A DNA stretch of 64,000 nucleotides from Bugula neritina (taxonomy: Eukaryota > Animalia > Bryozoa). The position numbers and the translations under genes are program-made. Where the stretch lies: positions 32,106,773 through 32,170,772 of the forward strand of contig OZ037766.1 in NCBI GenBank assembly GCA_964035545.1, in the 5' to 3' direction. Under the pieces are notes generated by a model that did no database searches, was not told the DNA's origin, and saw nothing but the letters and a program-made list of their open reading frames with translations. How positions within the stretch are numbered: position 1 is the stretch's first letter; every line of letters starts with the position of its first letter. This document shows, in pieces, positions 47,365 through 60,440 of the stretch.

Positions 47365-50300
47365 ATGTCGGCCTCCAGGAGAAGACCCACTGCGGGAGGG
47401 CAAAACCTTGAAGAAATTCCCATTAGGACGAGGTATAGACTAAACAAATATTAGGAACACTAGTCACTGTAAAGCAGTCTTTAGTTGTTTAATAATGATC
47501 TATGATTACTATGAGTATGACATTGAATATGAGTATGACTCAGACTGTAATTAAATTTATACTTAGACTTACTCTTACTCTTAGTAACTCAGTTAGAGTT
47601 AGAGTTTATTATTATAGTTAATGTTATTAAATTTCATTTTGTTACGTTCAATTACAATATCAATAAATACATAAATATTATGATTAAAATATCACTTATA
47701 AGATATTTTATTCTGATAACATTTCAATGTTTGCATACTGATACAGCTGAGTTTACACTGTTTTACTCAGTTGCAACTTGCATGTACTTGTAAAATAGAA
47801 ATGGTTATACTTATACTAATAGTAATAGTTATAGGCTAGTTTTGCTTCTTGTGCTAAAAGGATGGTAGTGGTAGTTTTATCATAACCCAAAGCTTTTTTG
47901 CACAGCTTTTAAATGAGTAACTCTCTACAAGCATGTCTTAATCTGTTTCTCATGGTTTTAAAGTTGAATAACTGAACAGTCTAACTTTGGTTGGCTTGAG
48001 TTGAACCTTTCTAGTTGATTTGTTAGCTAGTTGAGTGTTTCTATTTAATACTCGTGATGAGTATTTTAGACTGAAGACTTCATTTAGTGTAACCCATGTT
48101 TCATGTCGGTATAGTTACATGTTGATTTGCTGGTAGTTAATAGCATCAATAAGTCACAGGTTCTGATTATGTTACTGCAGATTTTAGTGATGTCACTTCA
48201 GATTCTAGTGATGTCACTTCAGATCCTAGTGATGTTACTTCCTGTTTTAGAACATCATCTGTGCCATGGAATGGCCCCGTCTGCGTGGCCTCAGTTTGGG
48301 CTCCTAAAGTTAACACTGTGTTCAAGTTGCTGCTGTCACTCAGGGTCATGTCAGCTATCTGGAGCAACATTTCCGACTGTGATGAAACGTATAACTACTG
48401 GGAACCCGTGAGTGCAGCTGGTCACTCACTGATTTATTGCATCACCAACTCTGTGTTGATGAAATATGAATGTGACCTTCACCTTGGTTGTAGGCTCACT
48501 TCCTCTTGTACAAGCAAGGTTTCCAGACCTGGGAATATTCTCCAGAGTACGCCATCAGATCCTACGCCTACATACTCATCCATATACTTCCTGTGAAACT
48601 CATACAGCTATTCACTACAATAGATAAGGTTTCTTTACTCTGTTTCTATAAATCAGTGAATAGTTTATGTGAATAAGTAAATGAGTATGTTTTTATTAAT
48701 ACATAGAATCTTTTTATCAATGGCCGCCTGGGAATAATATTTTCTATGTATATTTTCAAATTTTCTGTTGTGTGATTTTGTCATAGTAATAGTAATTTTC
48801 TTCAGGTGTATTTGTATTATATTATATTGTAATGGCTCATGGACTGTGCTGCCAATATTATATGTAACTGCAGACTGAATCTATAATAATTCCAACTGCC
48901 TGTTTTCCTCGTTTAGATCACCACATTCTACATAATCAGATGTTTCCTAGCAATATGCTGTGCAGCCTGTGAAACTTACTTCTACAGGTGGGTGTCGGCC
49001 GTTTCCTGTATGCATTGTGTTGCTATGCTACACTCATTAACTAGCTAGACAAGCTGATTCCTTGTTCTCAATAAGAGTAGAGATAAATAGTATTCAGTTT
49101 GAAAAACTGCAGTGCACCGTAATAAATAATTCTAACTATTTTTTCTTGTAAAATTTTTAAATCTTGCTTTCACAAAAACAAATATATTACATTAATATGT
49201 ATTATAATATATTATACAACATATTATATAACATAAAATATTATATTATGTAACATAATATAATATTATGTACTATAGCATATTATGTAGTATATTATAT
49301 TATGTTACATAATATATTATATAACTTATTATATTATGTAGTATATTATATTATGTTACATAATATATTATGTAATATATTTATGCAGAGGAATTCTGAA
49401 GCTCTACGGGTCAGCAGTAGCCCGTCTAGCATTTGCCTTCATGTGTCTCGGTACAGGGATGTTCATCTCTGCGGCAGCATTCCTTCCCAGCAGCTTCTCC
49501 ATGTACATGACGATGCTGTCAATGGGGGCGTGGTACAGCGGCCATCTGCCTGTGAGTTGCTAGCTAATCTGATTATATATGTACTGTGGAGTTATCTGCT
49601 TCATCTGGATGCAGGAGAGGATAACTACAAGTTCTAGAGACAGTTTTAAAAATACCATTGCCTTTCTCATTGAACTGTGTATTGCTTTATGTCGGGTAAA
49701 TCTAGTGAATTTTTAGACTTCCGACTTGTTATAATTGATAGATTGTAAAGTTATATAACTCTAGTGCTGAGTTAGTGCAGTTGTAATTGTGGCATGTTTC
49801 AGGTAGCCATTTTTTCAACAGCTGTTAGCACATTTCTTGGATGGCCTTTCGCCTCTATTCTAGGGTGAGTTTCTCAAATATAATGAGATAAGGTTGTAAA
49901 GTCATTGATTCAGGGAAACTGGTCATGTATGTTGAGTTAGTTTCTTATTTGGTAACAGAACTGATATTATTTGGTAACAGAACTGATATTATTTGGTAAC
50001 AGAACTGATATTATTTGGTAACAGAACTGATATTATTTGGTAACAACTTCTGGTCATAGCTGTGTAGAAATCACTTTTGATGTTGAAATTCAGATCTACA
50101 ATTAAAAAGTTGATTTTTTATAAAACACCAAATGAATTTAGTTGAAGCAATATGGCTATGACTACAACTATACTGCTTAGTTCTACTCCTAGTTACTCAG
50201 TTATTGTCATAGTTACTTAGTTGTAGTCATAGTTACTTAGTTGTAGTCATAGTTACTCAGTTGTAGTCATAGTTACTCAGTTGTAGTCATAGTTACTCAG

Positions 50301-53300
50301 TTGTAGTCATAGTTACTCAGTTGTAGTCATAGTTACTTAGTTGTAGTCATAGTTACTCAGTTGTAGTCATAGTTACTCAGTTGTAGTCATAGTTACATCT
50401 TTACTCTGTCATGCTGACTTCATAAGCCTATCAGTGGTTGCTAATGAAATGTTGGAATAGTGTCACCAGAGTTTATTCTAATTTGTAATATGAATGAGAA
50501 TTCCTCATGATTCACTATTCACTAAACAGACTGTTATATATGTTATATATGTTGTATATTATATTATATGCGTCTGCTTCATGGCTATAAACAGGTCAGT
50601 GAGCATGCTGTGTGTTCTTTCTTTAGCCTTCCAATAGCCATTGACATTCTTTACCGAAGAAAGAAGGCTCAGCTGTTTATTGTTTGGTGCGTGCTCTCTA
50701 CTCTACTTATTCTACTTCCTGTCGTCTGCTATGACTCATCAATGTTCGGCAAACTGGTAGTTGCCCCTCTGAATATCGTCATGTATAACGTTATGACATC
50801 ACACGGGCCTGACCTGTACGGTAAGTCTGTATGTAGTAAAGCTAGTGTGTGTGTTTTAGACATGAGATAGTATGAGATTTTGTGGTAAAACTCTGAGTTT
50901 TTAAATATAATTCATTATTATCTAGCTAAATATTAATTGATGTTTATAAACGGTTTTCTTTTTGAAGTGTACTGGACACTAGTGCATTGTTCTACTCTGT
51001 ATGCAAATTTAGGTGTAACAACTTCACAGTTTTCTGTTGAATGTGAATGAAAATAGCCTGGGATGTTTGTTATGTAGATATACATGTCAGTTATAGATAT
51101 GGAGGGGGGGGGGGTATATAGATTGGCCTGTGTTCCCTAAACATAGTAATAATTGTGTACTCAGGCACTGAGCCGTGGACCTTCTACTTCATCAATGGTT
51201 TCCTCAACTTCAACATCATCTTCCTGCTGGCCTTACCTGTTGTAGCTGTCCTGTACGCTACTCAGAAGTTTACTGGCCTCAGGTTTCCTGGTATGTCTTA
51301 ATATGATGTCATTATACCGTGATGTTATAATATAGTGTGATGTCATAGTATAGTGTGATGTCATAGTACAGTGTGATGTCATAGTATAGTGTGATGTCAT
51401 AGTATAGTGTCATAATACAGTATAGTGTGATGTCATAGTATAGTGTGATGTCATAGTATAGTGTGATGTCATAGTATAGTGTGATGTCATAATACAGTGT
51501 GATGTCATAGTATAGTGTGATGTCATAGTATAGTGTGATGTCATAGTATAGTGTGTGTCATAGTAGTGTGATGTCATAACACAATGTGATGTCATAATAT
51601 ACCTTCCAGGAATACCTCACTACCTCACACTCACTCCCATGTACCTCTGGATAGCAATATTCTTTAGTCAGGCTCATAAAGAGGAGAGATTTCTCTTTCC
51701 TATTTACCCTCTGATCTGCGTCAGCGCTGCTTTGACCTTGGACAGCTGCCAGGTGAATACTCTCTCTAGCATCACTTTCTTGACAATGTTCTTTGTTCAA
51801 ACTAGTATTAAAACTTTTGTCATTGAAAAGATTTCAGTTTAATTTGTTTAGAAAGTTACTTTATCAGTGAAGCTATCAGTTTTTATGATATATCATACGT
51901 TAATATGGATTGGGGTGGGGTTTGAGGGAGTGGAAAGAAGGGGGGAGGGTAGAAGTAAATTATTGTGGAAGAGTGCAATATTACACTAGGAAATGGCATC
52001 ATACCTCCATTGTCTGTCTTTTCATTCACAGCTGAACTCAGTGAACAGGTGAAGGGTTTCTCTCATGTGTTGTAGAGGTTCACCTCTCACCTGGTAGGAT
52101 ATACGAAGCACTACACACAATTCTTATCTTCTATACCTGTGAGCGTTGTCTTTGTATATGGACTATTGTCATTGTCCAGGATCCTCGCCTTGTATCAGGG
52201 TGAGTCTTGAACCTCAGACTACTGCTATAGGAGCCGCTATTCAGCTTGATCAGTACGTCACAGCTCTCTCATTTTACACGGGAAAAGTTTGGGTTTAGCG
52301 CTAAATCTGATTTGATTCGTTGTCTGTGATTATTGTATTGTACATGCCTTTCATACATTTTCTCTGTTAATGTTTTATTCTTTATTCTACTTTTTCTGTT
52401 TGCAGCTCGTAATCACTCTCTTTGTTTTCTCGTTGCCAAGGTTACCACGCTCCCATTGATGTCTACACAGCTCTAAACAACATCTCATCTGACAGAAGTA
52501 TTCATAGACTGAGATCTGACGGCCCGGTCTATGTGTGTACGGGCAAAGAGTGGTACAGATTCCCCAGTAGCTTCTTCTTTGCGGACCACAGGTGAAATCT
52601 ACAGCCTGATGTGTGACTCATTCTACAACCTGCAGCAGATTGATGTTGCGCTGCCATGGATCTTACTTTCTAAACTGACTTGTGTTTAATTTACCTGCTA
52701 GTGCCTTCAGGCTATATTTCCACAGGTTATCACTTGTATTTCAAACGCAAGTGATATTTCTGCAGGTTGCACTCTTTACATACATTGAAGACAGCTGTTT
52801 GTATTTAGATGGAGTCTGCGGTTTCTAAAGTCAGAGTTCAGAGGTCAACTTCCGGGTCGATACTACGACGGAGTTGATGCTACGAGCCTTCTGCCTGCCG
52901 ATATGAATGACATGAACAGAGAAGAGCCTAGTAGATATGTGTGTATAGTATATTATAACATATAATATATATGTGTATAGTGTATTATACATGTGTGTAT
53001 AGTATATTATAACATATAATATAAGTGTGTGATATTTGTGTGTAATATTATATCTATGTTTGTAATAAATGTATGTAAAATATATTATATGTGTGTAATA
53101 TATTTTATTTTTGTATAATATTATGTACGTGTATAATATAGATATGGGCTGTATTGCATTGTTATATATATAACAGACTGTTCTGTTATATATATAGGAT
53201 ATCTTGTTACAGGATGATGATGGTATGTGTCACTATCTCATAGACTTAGATACTGGAAAAGCTACAGCCAGGGAACCTGATTACTCTCTGTACCCCAAAA

Positions 53301-53647
53301 GGTGGAGGTTTATCCATTCCGTCCCATTCCTAAACAGTGAAAGGTATTTATAAACATAGTTTCTGCGTAAAGTATCTTTTGCTGGCGTAACACCAGCTTG
53401 GTAAGCTTGTAATTTAGTGTTCTGAAACTGAATTCATAACATATACTAGGTATGCATTTCATCAGTAATTAGCCTTAGAACTCTTAGAACCTGGCTTACT
53501 TCGCTAGTACTCTGGCTATTCTGCTATATTTGTAGGTCACACAAGTTACTGCGGGCCTTCTATGTACCTGTTCTAACAGAAAGACTGTGTTCCTATTCAA
53601 ACTATACTATATATCAAGGGAGGAGACCTCCCCCACCCAGAGAGTAA
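47365..53647 (+). CDS. ALG9: Alpha-1,2-mannosyltransferase ALG9 (GT22)
   Basis: Exons 47365-47432, 48251-48407, 48494-48628, 48917-48987, 49389-49551, 49803-49864, 50627-50820, 51165-51290, 51610-51752, 52076-52199, 52441-52591, 52809-52938, 53213-53343, 53536-53647. Motifs: ISDCDETYNYWEP, GFQTWEYSPEYAIRSY, AFLPSSFSMY, HGPDLYGTEPW, QAHKEERFLFPIYP, GKEWYRFPSSFF, SEFRGQLP. Confidence 0.95.
48165..48240. repeat. 21-bp unit x3-4 just before the ALG9 exon 2 acceptor
   Basis: agtgatgtcacttcagattct repeats. Confidence 0.8.
49946..50045. repeat. 22-bp unit ttatttggtaacagaactgata x4+, ALG9 intron 6
   Basis: Direct tandem. Confidence 0.85.
50190..50396. repeat. 20-bp unit agttactcagttgtagtcat x10, ALG9 intron 6
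   Basis: Exact 20-bp period. Confidence 0.92.
51330..51600. repeat. 18-bp unit gtgtgatgtcatagtata, about 14 copies, filling ALG9 intron 8
   Basis: Direct tandem ending about 10 nt before the acceptor. Confidence 0.9.
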
Positions 53648-54908
53648 GGCAGGGGCCAGGAATCTCATATATTCAGTTTCTACTGACTCCAGTTTTCTTG
53701 TGCCTTCTGCTTGTAATGAACTTTCTAGTCGCATTCTGGTGGAATACTTTAGCTGGTTATTTACACAAGAGAATATATTATTTGGTGCTGCCTGCTTAGA
53801 AGTCTTCTAGAATTTTCTAGATATAAATACTAACTCTGTTTGGTAGCTATAGTGATAACATCGTTTATTTTATCCTATATCGGCACTAACTTGCTTGCTA
53901 TACATCATGTTTCTCTCTTCAATTATTTCACTTTAAAATGTGAATAATGATCTGTAGCCAATGACTCTATGTTGTAAGTGCAACTTTTCTCCTTTCAGCT
54001 GATATAAAATACTTCAACATGTTGTTTTCTTGTTGCAAAGCTGGCATGCAAGCGTTTTTATACCAAATTTATACATTAGTTTTGTTTACGCAAAACTTTT
54101 ATATTTTGAGATGAAAGACTAAAATATATGCTTTGCACTTTCTCAACTATATATTAATATGCAATCAATGTGTGTTGATAGAAATATGGTTTCAGTTATT
54201 TTCATGCACTGCCAATTGGTGTGTGTGGATTTTAAAAATATTTCTACTGGACATTTGCCAGTAGTTTCATTAGGTTTTAATGTAAAATAACATCACCAAT
54301 CTGATCATGCTTTCATCAGAGCCTTCAGTTAAAACAGTAACACAGCAAAGTATTAATGCTGAAAAAACTATACTACACACGCTGCATGTGTTTATAACAA
54401 ACTCCAAGTGTCACAACTTGCATCAATGTTGTGTTTGAGAAGAAGCATTACGAAGTTATCTTCTCATGATTTCCACATTTCTTCAATTATGCTCAAAAAG
54501 GAGGATTTATCTTCTGAACTAGACGTTCCTAGTTATATTTCAGAGGAATTAAACATATAAATATTATTTCTTAAAACATTTATAATTCTGGTCACAACTT
54601 TAATAGAGTTTACTGTAAAAAGCTTTATTAGCATCGTACTAAAGAGCGCTTTGAACCTTTAAACTACGGCGAAGTTCAGTCAACTTGCTCTCTGTCGATT
54701 GAGGTGCGTATCGAGGTCACCTCTGGTTTAGATACAAAAAGTCAATAGGTAGTAGTAACTCACTCACACTGTAATGAGTCATAGTCAGTCTGAGTTTATT
54801 GATCGAAAGTAACATTAACACAAAACAATTTTTTTATTTTTAACTCAAATTTATCTGTTTACGTCTGAAGCTATTCTACAATTGCCGGTTTTTAGGTCTG
54901 ATATCAGT

Positions 54909-57900
54909 ATGGCAAATCAAAATGGCACTGGCAGTGATCACGGTGGCCTAGGAAAGTCTTTCGATCTATCCAAAGTTCACACTCACTTCACAGAAGCTCT
55001 TCTCGATACTCAGGAAGTACACTTAAAGCACTATTGCGATGCTTGGCACGAGTTAAATAAGTAGGTTTTTAAACTCTTGGTTTTAAGTATTTTTTGTAAA
55101 CCCCAATTCCATAATTTACGATCACCATTTATGATTTATCAAAATCATTGCTCATAAAATTAAAATAGTATTTGATAAGTTCAACTTTTGACTGAAACTT
55201 TCAGTTATGCTATACATGATCAATAAATCATAACGATAATGATTATTTACTTTTAATATTACGACCACTTTGAATGTTTATATCAATTTGAATATGGTGA
55301 TGGTAAAAAGTCGACAGCTAATGAGGGTTACTGAGTAAATTGGTGGTAAACTTGCTGTTACTACTAGTTATAAGTTTAAGTATAGTTACATCTTAGTCAG
55401 TGTTAAATACAAATTTCAATGATTTATTTGTATTGGGGTATGGATATTCAATTTCATGTTGTATTTTCTGTTGCTGTTTTTATGTATTTAATATTTTATT
55501 TTGTAATATTTAGTAGAACTAGAAATCTGAAACTAAATAGTGAAATGCTTCATTATATAAATAATACGACTTACTGGTAAACAAATTAGACAAACTGAGC
55601 TTTATGTTTTCAACAATTTCACTATGGTCCTGACTAAAGTTCTGTCAATAAATACGAAGTAGTCGTTATTGTAAGACCAGCTGTGATCAATTTATTGGAT
55701 TTTTATTGTTTTGATATTGGTTGCTTTACTTTCAAAATATATTTAGTTTAGTTACTTGTAATATTTGTTTATTATACCATTTGTTAAATTTAATGGAAGC
55801 CCTAAATTTTTGAGTTTTTTTTCATTAATCAACTAAATTCAACTTCAGCCTCTCAAGGTTTTGCTAAGCCTATATTAACGTATTTAGTACTACAAGGCAC
55901 AAGCACCTTACTCATAATAATTGTGATGAATTACTACGGCTTGACGATCTATTCAGATAGAGTTTATACTTGATTCTCTTATCAGTAATTTTGCTTGGAG
56001 TTAACTGTGTCAACAGGAAGTAAACTTTGAGTAATTGTTTTGTTTTTGCTCATTGATAAAGTTCTAAGTTATACATGACTTTGAATAGCTCTGAAAATTT
56101 GCTGTAATTAGGCAAGACAAAGGAAAATAACTAGGTTGTATTTTTGCCCCAACTTCAAATAGACTGGCTGAGTTAGTAACATTTCACGAATGAGATGGTA
56201 CCAGCAAAATGTGGTCTATTTTTTCACAAACTGTGCTCATTAATTGAGATTGTAGTCAGATTTGTCTCCCTTACTCTGAGTTGATCTAACATGAAGAAAT
56301 ATTTTACACAGGGTGGTAAATCAGACTTTTTCCTGAGTGCTGCAGTTACAAGCCTAATATAAAGGCTTTACCCGATTAGTTCATTCAACTCTGCTTTAAT
56401 TACAATGAAGTAATCATCAAGCTGTTTGATGTTACAAAAGACCAGAAGTTCTAAGGAATTCACTACCATTATTAGCATCATGAGACTTGAATGTGACTCA
56501 GCCCAACTGAAATAGGGCCATGTTTTTGTAGATGTGGGCTCTTGATAGCAAACAGTATGTGCAGCTGTTCACTGACAGCGTATGAGATCTTTGTGGGTTA
56601 TTAAATGGGGAGATGAGAATTCACAAGTTTGACCATTAACAAATTTAACTTGGCTGATTATAATTCATTCGTCTGTAGATTCATGGATACGCTGGGCACA
56701 CTGTTCCACTTTGTAACTCACGACGTAAAGCAGAAGCTGGACATACTAGAATCCTACCTGAAAACTGACCCCCAGCACTACGAAACTGTCCACAAGATCA
56801 TACGATATGAAGTTGATAACAATCTCACCAAAACTAAGGTTCGTCCATTTCAATACCATTATCATACCTTCTCTCTATGGAGAGTATAAAATGCTTTCTC
56901 TTGTTATTCATATGCACGGAGGTGGGAGAGAGACCGTAAAGAATTTGCTGTTAATATACACATTAGGGTTATCTGTTTACTCAACTGCCTGTCTGCTCAT
57001 TGGATATTGTCTCTACATATTCCTTATAAGTGTATTCCTGCAAGTCACATGCTACTCTGTGGTTGTATCTGCCACTTATACTGGTCACATTACATCTACT
57101 CTCCTAACATGTCTGTCTGTCCTCAGTTGTGTCAACTTAGTGAAAATGTCACCACATGTATTCAGTATTTCACTCCTCATTATACCCAGACTCTAGAGTC
57201 TAGACTATAAGTTGAGTTTCTATCCATTCAACTCTTACAAGACACACTTTCTACCCTCCACTCTCTCTACTGGACTCTAGTGACCTAGATACAGACACAT
57301 GACAGGCACCTGGCAAGCACCTGCTAGTTTTTGATCTTTGACTTATATACCTATCTGCTACCATGGTGTTTGTAATGGTTTGATCCTATGCATTTTGCTA
57401 CAATAGACCTTTTCCCAATGTCCCTGTTTCTCAATTTATAATCAAAAGTTGAGCTCCCTTAGTAGTTTAACGTTATTACCAATAACAACACAATAAACAC
57501 AATTCAACTCTTTAACATAATCATTTAAAAGCTTTGTTAACTCTTTCAACACATCTTAAAAGTGTGGATATATAATACAATGTGGAGAATTCATTAAAAA
57601 TATTTCACTATAAACCCTTTTATGTAATTTCTGTCATCTCCATTATCCACCAACATATATTATTTAGGGCAGAGCACTAACCTACATCAATATGAGCTGC
57701 AGGCTATTGTATATAGTTTATAACTTGACTATACTATTATCTGAACTCTAAAGGGTTAAAAGGTCAACAGCTATAAACAGAGGGCGACAGCCAGTACACT
57801 AAATCACCGGCTTTCCATGTACCGATCTCAGATCGATCTTAGCGAGATCGATCCATGGAAAGATGCCAAAGATCGATCTCCGTCGATCTGAGCTGGTCGG

Positions 57901-60440
57901 TCTGTGGAGCTCGAACTCAGATCGATCTCATGTCAATAAGACCATGGAAAGACGCCAGATCGATCTGAGAAGTAGAAAAAGACTGCGCGCTACAATAATG
58001 TCTGCTAATAAAAATGATAACTTATTGATAATTACTAAGCAAAGTATTAAATAATTATGATAGTCACCTTTTCAGATGCCAAAACTTTGACTTTCAGTAC
58101 AATGATTAAGAAAACTCAATTATATGCAGTAGAAGGTAAAAAAATGGGAGAATTTAAATTGAATTTAAATGACTATTAAAACTTAGTTTCATTAGCTATT
58201 TTCTTTGTAATTTTAAGCCCAACAGTCCTGTAAGTTTATTAATAATCTGCAAGACAGCCATTAATTTTATATAAGCTGTCAAGCTAAAAAATTTAAATTA
58301 ATTATTTTAAATTGGCCAAATTACCATACACTGAAAGCTTTGCTGCGTATAGTTTATAGCTATGATTAAATTTTAGACTACGACCATCTTGTTTTCAACA
58401 GTAGTAGCTTTAATCACTCAAATAGGTGAACAAATTAGACTTTCAAAGTATCCTTCACTTAAGAGGAAGCAACTTCGCGAGATCGATCTGACACTCTCAT
58501 GGAAAAACGATCGATCTGAGCACATTTCTCAGATAGATCTCGAGATCGATCTGAGATCGGTACATGGAAAGCCCGTGAATGATTAGTGGGATTTATATCC
58601 TTACTGCCACTGCAGCTCAAACAAAACCACGAAAAGCCTTGAAGTCTATTTTTCTCAAAATTTATCTTGAAAAATTATTTTTAAGTTTGTTTTGAAATAT
58701 GCCAGCTATTACCAAAATATAAATGGTCTGCTAAAAGATCAAATTCTATAGCATAGTTAAGATTTTACGTTGCAGTCAAACTCAGTTTTCTATAACGTTG
58801 TTCTTGGTAATAAGGTTGAACATTGGCACCGCTAAGAGAGCACAACTCTCAATTATAAGTCGAGTATTTCTGACATTAAGGAGAGTATCTTATATACTAC
58901 ATGCAGAGTGAAAGCACCTGCTCCCACCTTTTCCAAGTGTCAACTTGCTGACACTTGGAAATCCTGCAAAGCATGTTGTTGGTTTATTCTTGCATTTCAG
59001 ATATAATTATATATATTATTTATTCACTTTGTCTATACTTATATGTTATTTTGGGAAATACAGGTTTACTGATGAATACTATTACGATGCTAGCCCAGGC
59101 TGTATTACTGTATACTTATAGAGTTATCCTCTTTCTGTTGCAGAAACCTTCTGGAAGTCGGACATTTCTCAGGCTACACAGAGCCCTGAACTACATCCTG
59201 GAATTGTTTGATAAACTGGTTACTGCTTCAAATGATGCCAAGTGAGTCTAAAGTTGTCTTCCTTCTGTCAATCCTCTTCTTTTTTTTCTATTACACTCAG
59301 CCAATCTTTGCTTCTATTAGCCAATCAGATCTCAGAACTGCTTGTCTATTAAATGTTCGGCCAAATTATTTCTCCCAGCAATAACTGGGGTAGCTGCTAT
59401 TTTGATGACTTGAAGAAGTTACCCTCCCTCAAATATAACCTTGTGAACACACTTAGTACTACTGCATCTCCTCATGTTACGTTGTACATGACATTTGACC
59501 TTGTTTATGTAAACATATCTAAACATAAAGCCAGTTCCTGTATAACTGATTAGCCTGCCATGTAAAGCAGCAAGCAGTAAACTAGAATGTTGTCACCTAC
59601 ACAGAGCAAGGGCCTATGCACCTGGAAATATCCCAGACTATTTTTTAGCCTGAGTTCATAATTTTTAGTGTGGGTTTAGAAGGGAATTGCTTTATTTTGT
59701 GGTCAGCCAACTTCTCATGCTGAATAGTTACTCTTTAACTAGCAAACTGTAAACAAATTCCATTCTCAAATATTCAGACCAATGCAATCTGACTTTTTAT
59801 ATCACTGCTCTACTCCTACTGTGTTATATTCACTGCTGTACTCCTACTGTGTTATATTCACTGCTGTACTCTTACTGTGTTATATTCACTGCTGTACTCC
59901 TACTGTGTTATATTCACTGCTCTACTCCTACTGTGTTATATTCACTGCTGTACTCCTACTGTGTTATATTCACTGCTGTACTCCTACTGTGTTATATTCA
60001 CTGCTCTACTCCTACTGTGTTATATTCACTGCTCTACTCCTACTGTGTTATATTCACTGCTGTACTCCTACTGTGTTATATTCACTGCTCTACTCTTACT
60101 GTGTTATATTCACTGCTCTACTCTTACTGTGTTATATTCACTGCTCTACTCTTACTGTGTTATTAATTCCGTCTGGTAACTTTGTAGGTGTTCCACTCTG
60201 TCTCAAGACGCCTACAGCTACACTCTGGGAAAGTTTCACCCGTGGATAGTGCGGAAGGCAGCAACACTAGCAATGTACTCACTTCCTGTCCGAGGCTCCT
60301 TGCTCCAGCGTATCGACTCTTCAGAAGGCAGCGAGGAAAGGGTAGTTCAAGTATTGAAGGACATTACAAAGTCGGGAAAACTCATTTACGACAGCGTAGA
60401 CAGTTTGTATACCAAAGAGAAACTTCATGACCTTCCTTAG
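54909..60440 (+). CDS. CPTP: Ceramide-1-phosphate transfer protein (GLTP fold)
   Basis: Exons 54909-55060, 56679-56838, 59144-59241, 60188-60440. Motifs FHFVTHDVKQK, SGSRTFLRLHRAL, HPWIVRKAA and C-terminal LHDLP* match the CPTP/GLTPD1 branch. Confidence 0.9.
57403..58893. mobile_element. Older degenerate inverted-repeat element enclosing the MITE
   Basis: 57403-57489 aligns with the reverse complement of 58797-58893 (e.g. ttataatcaaaagttgagctcccttag..ttattaccaataacaac vs ttataattgagagttgtgctctcttag..ttattaccaagaacaac). No clear TSD. Confidence 0.6.
57805..58577. mobile_element. Non-autonomous DNA transposon (MITE), 773 bp, in CPTP intron 2
   Basis: 35-bp TIRs at 57805-57839 and 58543-58577 (34/35 identical, CAC..GTG termini); 3-bp target duplication AAT on both sides; repeated subterminal GATCGATC palindromes; AT-rich non-coding core. 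Confidence 0.88.
59802..60163. repeat. 28-bp unit tcactgct(c/g)tactc(c/t)tactgtgttatat x13 before CPTP exon 4
   Basis: Exact 28-bp period. Confidence 0.93.

Noticed and set aside
57863-58586. Short ORFs inside the MITE as a possible transposase
   Set aside because: Too short, no DDE motif; they arise from subterminal repeats.
59782-60249. Repetitive hydrophobic Cys-rich ORFs
   Set aside because: 28-bp intronic minisatellite.
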